Positions 26,924 through 32,000 of a DNA stretch of 32,000 bases are shown piece after piece (positions within the stretch are counted from its first letter, which is position 1; each line of letters starts with the position of its first letter). Source of the DNA: Geotalea uraniireducens Rf4 (GTDB lineage: Bacteria; Desulfobacterota; Desulfuromonadia; Geobacterales; Geobacteraceae); NCBI RefSeq assembly GCF_000016745.1, contig NC_009483.1, forward strand, positions 210,001-242,000. The letters are read 5' to 3'. Position numbers and translations under genes: made by a program. Under the pieces are notes generated by a model. That model was not told where the DNA came from, ran no database searches, and saw nothing but the letters and a program-made list of their open reading frames with translations.

Positions 26924-27814
26924 TCAGAGTCCCTCTGTCTCTATGCCGAAGTCCCGGCAGGCCTTGAGAAACCCCTCATCAAGCGGCGCAATCGCCTGCA
27001 CCGGTTTGCCGTCCCTGGAGGTGAAGGCCATGGAGCGGCAATGGAGCATCATGCGTGCGGCGGTGTCGCCGCCGTAGGTAGTATCGCCGATGATGGGAAG
27101 GTTGCTGTGCACGAGATGGACCCGGATCTGGTGCGTCCTGCCGGTAAAAGGGAGTGCTTCGAGGAGGGTGGCGCCCTTGCCCACAGCAATGACCCGGAAT
27201 GCCGTGCGCGCCTCCCTGCCGGGGAGGGCCACCCCGTACCTGAACTTGTTCAGCTTGGCTATCGGCGCATCCACCGTCCACTGCTCTTCATCGGGCACGC
27301 CGGCAACCATGGCCCAGTAGACCTTTTCCACCTTCCCCTCCTTCAGCAGGAAAGAGATGTGGGTTGCGGCGCGCTTGTCCTTCGGGAAGAACATCACCCC
27401 CGATGTGCCGCGGTCGAGGCGGTGGATCACCCGGGCAGGCTCTTTCGAACCGAGCGATTTCATATAGGTTTCAACCGCGTACTCCACCGTTCCCTTCAGC
27501 TGGTAAGGGGTGCGCTGGCTGTTGATCCCCGCAGCCTTGTTCACGGCCAGATAGTTTGCGTCCTCGAAGAGCAGATCCTCCTTCCGGTAGGATATTTCGA
27601 CGCAGCGTTCCGGCTCCATTACCCCCAAGGCGATCAGGTCTCCTTCCCGGAGGGGGCGCGAGGCCACCCGCACCAGGGCTTCACAGATGGTGCAGCCGCC
27701 CCAGTCGATGATGCGGCGGATCTGGGTTTTGGAAAGCTGCGGAAAAAGCTCCTTAGCCCCATCGTCGAGGCGCATTCCCGCATGATCGGCTCCCACCACA
27801 ACCTTGAGAATCAT
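26924..27814 (-). CDS. RluA-family 23S rRNA/tRNA pseudouridine synthase with N-terminal S4-like domain
   Basis: 296-aa ORF. The catalytic motif is HRLDRGTSGVMFF, and the C-terminal block is GRTHQIRVHL. Its ATG overlaps the stop of the upstream NUDIX gene (ATGA). Confidence 0.9.
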   Translation of the reverse strand: MILKVVVGADHAGMRLDDGAKELFPQLSKTQIRRIIDWGGCTICEALVRVASRPLREGDLIALGVMEPERCVEISYRKEDLLFEDANYLAVNKAAGINSQRTPYQLKGTVEYAVETYMKSLGSKEPARVIHRLDRGTSGVMFFPKDKRAATHISFLLKEGKVEKVYWAMVAGVPDEEQWTVDAPIAKLNKFRYGVALPGREARTAFRVIAVGKGATLLEALPFTGRTHQIRVHLVHSNLPIIGDTTYGGDTAARMMLHCRSMAFTSRDGKPVQAIAPLDEGFLKACRDFGIETEGL

Positions 27815-28332
27815 GGTGCCCTCCTGCTCGCCCGGAACAGGGCCGTAATGGTCTTGCCGTCGCTGATTCCGCCGTCTACCGCCATCTGCACCGCCTCTGC
27901 CAGCGGCAGGCGCATGGTCTCGATATCTTCGTAAACCTCGGGGTCGGCCTCCCCCTGGGTCAGACCCGTGGCCAGATAGAGGTGGACGACCTCATCGAAG
28001 ACTCCTGGAGAGGTATGAAGGTGGCCGAGGGGTTCCAGGCTTTCGGCGATCAATCCTGTTTCCTCTGCCAGCTCTCGCCGGCCGCACTGCGCCGGATCTT
28101 CGCCGTGGCCGAGCCGCCCGGCAGGCAGCTCCAGCATGAAGGCATCCGCCGCGGGCCTGAGTTGCCGGATCAGGGTGACCGTCCCGTCGGCATGGAGCGG
28201 CAAAACCCCTACCCCGCCGGGATGGCGTATGATCTGGTAGGTGTGCCACCCCTTTGTCCCCACCTTCACGTCCATCTGTTCGATATTCACCACGAGCCCC
28301 TGAAAAAGGGTGACCCCGTTCCTTGTTTCCAT
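27811..28332 (-). CDS. NUDIX hydrolase (ADP-ribose pyrophosphatase-like)
   Basis: 173-aa ORF with the Nudix box GRLGHGEDPAQCGRRELAEETGL. Confidence 0.9.
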   Translation of the reverse strand: METRNGVTLFQGLVVNIEQMDVKVGTKGWHTYQIIRHPGGVGVLPLHADGTVTLIRQLRPAADAFMLELPAGRLGHGEDPAQCGRRELAEETGLIAESLEPLGHLHTSPGVFDEVVHLYLATGLTQGEADPEVYEDIETMRLPLAEAVQMAVDGGISDGKTITALFRASRRAP

Positions 28333-28493
28333 GCCTGCTCCGTTTTGTCAGATAAACATCAACATTTTTAATAGCATTATTCATCTTGTATGTGAAGCCG
28401 GTATTTGCCGGCTATTCCCCGCCCCTTTACAGCCGCGGGCGGAGTGCTATGATTAAATCATAACCTCATAACCATATCCAAAGGGAGGCTGCT

Positions 28494-28712
28494 ATGTACG
28501 GTGAGGATAGAACCTACAAAAAAGTGGAAGTGATCGGCGTCTCGAAAAAAGGCATCGAGGCGGCCATCCAGACGGCAGTTAGCAAAGCCCACAAGACCCT
28601 CGATAAGCTTTCCTGGTTTGAAGTGGGTGACATCCGCGGCCATGTGGGGGACGACGGCATGGTCACCGAGTACCAGGTGGTGCTCAAGGTCGCTTTCCAG
28701 TTGAAGGAATAA
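28494..28712 (+). CDS. Dodecin-family flavin-binding protein
   Basis: 72-aa ORF. YKKVEVIGVSKKGIEAAIQTAVSKAHKTLDKLSWFEVGDIRGHV...EYQVVLKVAF matches the dodecin (DUF1458) pattern. AGGGAGG RBS. Confidence 0.85.
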   Translation: MYGEDRTYKKVEVIGVSKKGIEAAIQTAVSKAHKTLDKLSWFEVGDIRGHVGDDGMVTEYQVVLKVAFQLKE

Positions 28713-28817
28713 ATTCCGCAAATTCTGGTTTTATGGGTGAAAGTTAAGATGGTAAATTCCCCTCCAATCTGCTATTGTCTCGCCAGTTTTTTAACCACTA
28801 CACGAAAGGCGGAGACA

Positions 28818-29270
28818 ATGGCACAGGCAAAGAAGGGGGATAAGGTAAAGGTTCACTATACGGGAAGACTGGACGACGGTTCAGTGTTCGACTCGTCCGA
28901 GTGCAGCGACAGTGATTGCGACTGCTCATCCGGCCCCCTGGAATTCACCATCGGTGAGGGGCAGGTCATTCCCGGCTTCGAAGAAGCGGTCTTCGGTATG
29001 AATATCGATGAGACGAAATCGGTACATATCCCGGTGGATCAAGCCTATGGCGAGCGTATCGAGGAAATGGTCGCCCAGGTTCCGCGCACCGAACTGCCGG
29101 CAGGCATGGCGCCGGAAGTCGGTCAGCAGCTGGAAGTTACCCAGGAGGACGGCAACATCTTCCCGGTGGTGATAACAGAGGTGACCGACACCCATATATC
29201 AATTGACGCCAACCATCCCCTGGCAGGGCAGAATCTGAACTTCGACCTCCGTCTCGTCGAGATCGGCTGA
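28818..29270 (+). CDS. slyD: FKBP-type peptidyl-prolyl cis-trans isomerase, SlyD-like (with IF-flap insertion)
   Basis: KGDKVKVHYTGRLDDGSVFDSS...LEFTIGEGQVIPGFEEAVFGM...HPLAGQNLNFDLRLVEI. Start set at ATG 28818 (GGAGA upstream) rather than the ORF-track 28737. Confidence 0.9.
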   Translation: MAQAKKGDKVKVHYTGRLDDGSVFDSSECSDSDCDCSSGPLEFTIGEGQVIPGFEEAVFGMNIDETKSVHIPVDQAYGERIEEMVAQVPRTELPAGMAPEVGQQLEVTQEDGNIFPVVITEVTDTHISIDANHPLAGQNLNFDLRLVEIG

Positions 29271-29288
29271 TGGTCTGGTGCCGGCAAC

Positions 29289-29338
29289 GCACAAGTAAAA
29301 AGGGACGGGCTTGAAGGCCTGTCCCTTTTTACTTGTGC
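29289..29338. terminator. Bidirectional rho-independent terminator between slyD (+) and the rubrerythrin-like gene (-)
   Basis: gcacaagtAAAAAgggac...gtcccTTTTTacttgtgc forms an 18-bp outer stem. The GC core is flanked by an A-tract on one side and a T-tract on the other, so it works in both orientations. Confidence 0.8.
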
Positions 29339-29360
29339 GTCGTCATCAGTGCCGTTGCGA

Positions 29361-29837
29361 TCAGTTTTCCGTAAGGAAGTGCTCTTCGTAAAGGTCTTCA
29401 AGGGATTGCAGGTGGCGGGTCTCATCGGCCAGCAACCGTTCAAAAACTCCTGCCATCGGCGCTCCTGCGCAACCTTCCGACATCCGCTTGTAGAAATCTA
29501 TGGAACCTGTTTCCAGGTGAATGGCATAGGCGAGGGCTTCCCGGGCGTCGGAATTGGGGCTGAGCTCTTTCTTGGCGAGCACGTAGTTAAGGTTCATGGT
29601 CTTGACCGGCCGGTTCATTTCCTCTACTCCCGCCATGCTTCCCTCAATCAGGGCCTTTTCCAGCTGGTGCTTGTGCTCCAGTTCGTCCAGTGCGGCGTCC
29701 TTGAGGATTTCCCTGGCGCCCTTGTTCGTTACCTTGCGGATTGCCGTAAGATAATGCCTGAACCCCTCTTCCTCCATTGATACAGCCATCTCAACAGCGG
29801 CCTCAAAAGTATAACAGACCTGACCCTGCTCTCTCAT
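29361..29837 (-). CDS. Ferritin-like / rubrerythrin-family diiron protein
   Basis: Four-helix pattern with paired metal ligands: MEEEGFRHY, DELEHKH, HLETGSIDFY and ADETRHLQ. Start set at ATG 29837 (GGGAGG upstream). The ORF-track extension to 29939 is not protein-like. Confidence 0.8.
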   Translation of the reverse strand: MREQGQVCYTFEAAVEMAVSMEEEGFRHYLTAIRKVTNKGAREILKDAALDELEHKHQLEKALIEGSMAGVEEMNRPVKTMNLNYVLAKKELSPNSDAREALAYAIHLETGSIDFYKRMSEGCAGAPMAGVFERLLADETRHLQSLEDLYEEHFLTEN

Positions 29838-29952
29838 TGTCTTTTTGCCTCCCTGTCTTTGAAGAATAATGGAAGTTTTTAACATAACAGCGCGATAATC
29901 ACAAGAAACAATTGTATACGGAGCGGGCCTGCGTACCAATCGGCTTTAACTG

Positions 29953-29982
29953 TTGACACGATTTTGTATACGATGGTATTAA
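29953..29982 (+). promoter_or_regulatory. Possible sigma70-type promoter with no adjacent CDS
   Basis: TTGACA (29953-29958), an 18-nt spacer, then TATTAA (29977-29982). Pattern match only. Confidence 0.3.
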
Positions 29983-30060
29983 TGACTACTTTTTGTCGCA
30001 ATTTCAGGGTGAAGAATTAATGCATTTGGGAATGCCGGGGAATAATGCCTGATTGTATAG

Positions 30061-30099
30061 AAGCCGCCGGATCGGTTAAACAGATCTTGCGGCTTTTTT
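30061..30099 (+). terminator. Intrinsic terminator-like hairpin in the leader of the quinone oxidoreductase gene
   Basis: aagccgc-cg-gatc-ggttaaaca-gatc-tt-gcggctt followed by TTTTTT (the run 30094-30099 includes the last two stem bases). It is + strand specific and ends ~70 nt before the ATG at 30169. Confidence 0.5.
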
Positions 30100-30168
30100 C
30101 GTGCGGAAGAGGGCCAACGAAGAACTTGGCGATTAATTTTAAATATCACATCAAAGGGGGAGATTGTC

Positions 30169-31158
30169 ATGAAAGCTGTATTGCTTGAAGGATTTGGCGG
30201 TGTGGAGGTGCTGAAGGTCGGTGAGGCGGAAAAACCGTCGCCGAAGGAAAATGAGGTTCTGGTCAAGGTGATGGCGACATCCGTCAATCGTCCTGATCTG
30301 GTGCAGCGGGAGGGGAAATATCCGCCGCCGCCGGGTGATTCGGAGATTCTCGGCCTGGAAGTTGCCGGGGTGATCGAGCAACTCGGCTCCAACGTCTCCG
30401 GCTGGCGGGTCGGCGACCGGGTCCTCTCCCTGGTCGGCGGTGGGGGGTACGCGGAATATGCGGTCGCCTATGCCGACCACCTGATGCCCATCCCCGACAC
30501 CATGAGCTTCGAGGAGGCCGCCTGCGTCTGCGAATCCTATATCACGGCGTTTCTCAATATCTTCATCCTTGGCGAGTTCAAGGATGGCCAGACCGCCATT
30601 CTCCACGGCGGCGGCGGAGGGGTCAACACCGCCGGCATTCAGCTCTGCCGGGCGCTTGCTCCCAATTCGAAACTGATCGTCACCGCCTCGCCGGAGAAAA
30701 TGGAGCGGGTCAAGGAAGTGGGGGCCGACCTGGTCGTCAACTTCCGGGAAACGCCCGATTTCAGTGAGATCGTCAAGGAATACACCAACAAGAAGGGGGT
30801 CGACCTGATCCTCGATCATATCGGGGCGAAGTACCTGGCCCCGAACATGAACTCCCTCGCCTACAAAGGGAAGCTGGTCGTCATCGGCGTCACGAGCGGC
30901 ATCAAGGCAGAGCTCAATCTCGCCCTCATGATGGTGAAGCGGCAGCAGATCATCGGCTCGGTGCTCCGTTCCCGGCCGGTGAGCGAAAAAGGGGAGATCG
31001 TCGCCGAGTTCACCAAACGGGCGCTTCCCAAGTTCGCCGACCGGACCATCGTGCCGATCATCGAGAAGGTCTTCCCCCTCGACCAGGTTGTCGATGCCCA
31101 CAGGATGATGGAAGAGGACAAGCATTTCGGCAAGATCGTGCTGAAGATCGGCGCATAG
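30169..31158 (+). CDS. NAD(P)H:quinone oxidoreductase (zinc-independent MDR family, PIG3/Qor-like)
   Basis: 329-aa ORF. Reads MKAVLLEGFGGVEVLKVGE...VLVKVMATSVNRPDLVQREGKYPPPPG...LGLEVAGVI, has the GGGGGV nucleotide-binding loop, and ends in HFGKIVLK. GGGGGAG RBS. Confidence 0.92.
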   Translation: MKAVLLEGFGGVEVLKVGEAEKPSPKENEVLVKVMATSVNRPDLVQREGKYPPPPGDSEILGLEVAGVIEQLGSNVSGWRVGDRVLSLVGGGGYAEYAVAYADHLMPIPDTMSFEEAACVCESYITAFLNIFILGEFKDGQTAILHGGGGGVNTAGIQLCRALAPNSKLIVTASPEKMERVKEVGADLVVNFRETPDFSEIVKEYTNKKGVDLILDHIGAKYLAPNMNSLAYKGKLVVIGVTSGIKAELNLALMMVKRQQIIGSVLRSRPVSEKGEIVAEFTKRALPKFADRTIVPIIEKVFPLDQVVDAHRMMEEDKHFGKIVLKIGA

Positions 31159-31182
31159 GCCGAAGCCCGGCAGAATGGAAGG

Positions 31183-31214
31183 GGGCAGGCCGGTGCGTAC
31201 GGCCTGCCCTTTCT
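31183..31214 (+). terminator. Rho-independent terminator after the quinone oxidoreductase gene
   Basis: gggcaggccg-gtgcgta-cggcctgccc forms a 10-bp GC stem followed by TTTCT. Confidence 0.65.
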
Positions 31215-31232
31215 GCGCAAAGGAGAGGAATC

Positions 31233-31901
31233 ATGCATACGGGAAATGCCGACACAAAGCCGACGATGATGCAATATACGAACCTTGTCGGTTGTTGCCT
31301 TGCTGTTTTACTGATCCTGCTTACGGCTGCGCCGCTTTCTGCCGCAAGCATCAAAAGCCTGGATAATCTGGGCAGAAACCTCTATGCCAATGAAATCAAG
31401 GAGCGAAGCGCACGGCGCATGGAATCCTTTGCCGCCTTGCAGTCATCTCTGGACAGCCTCAACACCGGCCAGGAAATTTCCAGCGTCGTGCAGATAAACA
31501 AGGCGCTTTCCCTTGTGGAGCAAAGCCGGCAGTTGCAGCGCAAGGCGGGAGAGGACCTCACGGCGCTTTCCGGCTACATAACCGCAAACAGGATGAAGCT
31601 GGAAGCTGAGGGGCTGGATAGTTTCCTCCCCCTGGCAGAGCTGGACGACAAGACCTCCAGGCAGTATGAAGAGTCCCTGCGGCTTTATCTTGCTGCCTAT
31701 AAAGCGTTGCTCGAATACTCACGGGACAATATCCTCCCTCTGCGGGTAGGGCGGCAACCGGAGCAGGGTCAGTACGAAGCCTTGTACAATGGCTATGTTA
31801 CTGCGGCGAACAAGCTGGGTGAAGTCGATGCCGAGCGGTTCGGGTTCGTGGCGGATTTCGTCCGCGAGCACCCTGACCTCGCTCCCTACGTGAAAAAATG
31901 A
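31233..31901 (+). CDS. Hypothetical exported protein (N-terminal signal/anchor, helical body)
   Basis: 222-aa ORF with RBS aaaggagaggaatcATG. The hydrophobic segment is LVGCCLAVLLILLTAAPLSAAS. I recognise no family. Confidence 0.7.
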   Translation: MHTGNADTKPTMMQYTNLVGCCLAVLLILLTAAPLSAASIKSLDNLGRNLYANEIKERSARRMESFAALQSSLDSLNTGQEISSVVQINKALSLVEQSRQLQRKAGEDLTALSGYITANRMKLEAEGLDSFLPLAELDDKTSRQYEESLRLYLAAYKALLEYSRDNILPLRVGRQPEQGQYEALYNGYVTAANKLGEVDAERFGFVADFVREHPDLAPYVKK

Positions 31902-31935
31902 GCTGCAATCACATCATGAAAACAAGGAGTTTATC

Positions 31936-32000
31936 GTGAACTTATGCCCTTGCGGGTCAGGCATTGACTACGGGAAATGCTGCGAACCGCTGATCAAAGG
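31936..32000 (+). CDS. SEC-C metal-binding motif protein (YchJ-like), 5' fragment running off the right edge
   Basis: GTG 31936 with AAGGAG 6 nt upstream. The translation VNLCPCGSGIDYGKCCEPLIK contains the CPCGSG...KCC SEC-C motif. Confidence 0.6.
   Translation, partial: MNLCPCGSGIDYGKCCEPLIK

Noticed and set aside
28333-28493. Possible FMN/flavin riboswitch upstream of the dodecin gene
   Set aside because: Only two short GC hairpins (28396-28413 and 28419-28442) are present. The region is too short and lacks the conserved RFN-element blocks I remember.

Overview
The window looks like high-GC chromosomal DNA of a Geobacter-like (Desulfuromonadota) bacterium; this call rests on gene content and codon style only, with no search run. 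Most of it is housekeeping or metabolic. From left to right the genes are: lutC/lutB-type lactate utilisation genes (-), an L-lactate permease, sucCD, a hidden 58-aa ribbon-helix-helix ORF, a FadR/GntR regulator, two tandem ABC exporter genes, selB, a methyl-accepting chemotaxis protein, and a CheY-like receiver. These are followed by a minus-strand block, in genomic order: large TraB/Tiki-like protein, membrane-anchored isochorismatase-family hydrolase, vapBC, AAA_5 ATPase, small Zn-ribbon ORF, hemH. The window ends with a cyclase-family protein, rluA-type pseudouridine synthase + NUDIX, dodecin, slyD-type FKBP, a rubrerythrin-like protein, a quinone oxidoreductase, a secreted hypothetical protein and a partial SEC-C-motif gene. 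The main accessory element is an AT-richer ~4.6 kb insertion (about 11.09-15.75 kb) between the ABC exporter pair and selB. It holds a frameshifted P-loop gene relic, a truncated dinD, and a tightly coupled two-gene cassette. The cassette is a 1043-aa MmeI/PglX-like gamma-class N6-adenine DNA methyltransferase (motifs GAFYTP, DPACGSAIFLV, GNPPW) followed 6 nt after its stop codon by a 217-aa protein with an E...D...ExK (PD-(D/E)xK-like) signature. None of the partner genes of BREX or classical Type I/III systems are present, so this is my best candidate for an uncharacterised restriction/defence module. The second unusual structure is a pair of phase-continuous heptanucleotide tandem-repeat arrays that exactly bracket the small Zn-ribbon ORF between hemH and the AAA ATPase gene. 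Other oddities are an in-frame GC-rich palindromic insertion in the second ABC exporter, a missing canonical start codon for the first ABC exporter, a ~100-aa hydrophilic insertion in the lactate permease, and an orphan promoter/terminator pair upstream of the quinone oxidoreductase. No rRNA, tRNA, CRISPR array, transposase or integrase was seen.
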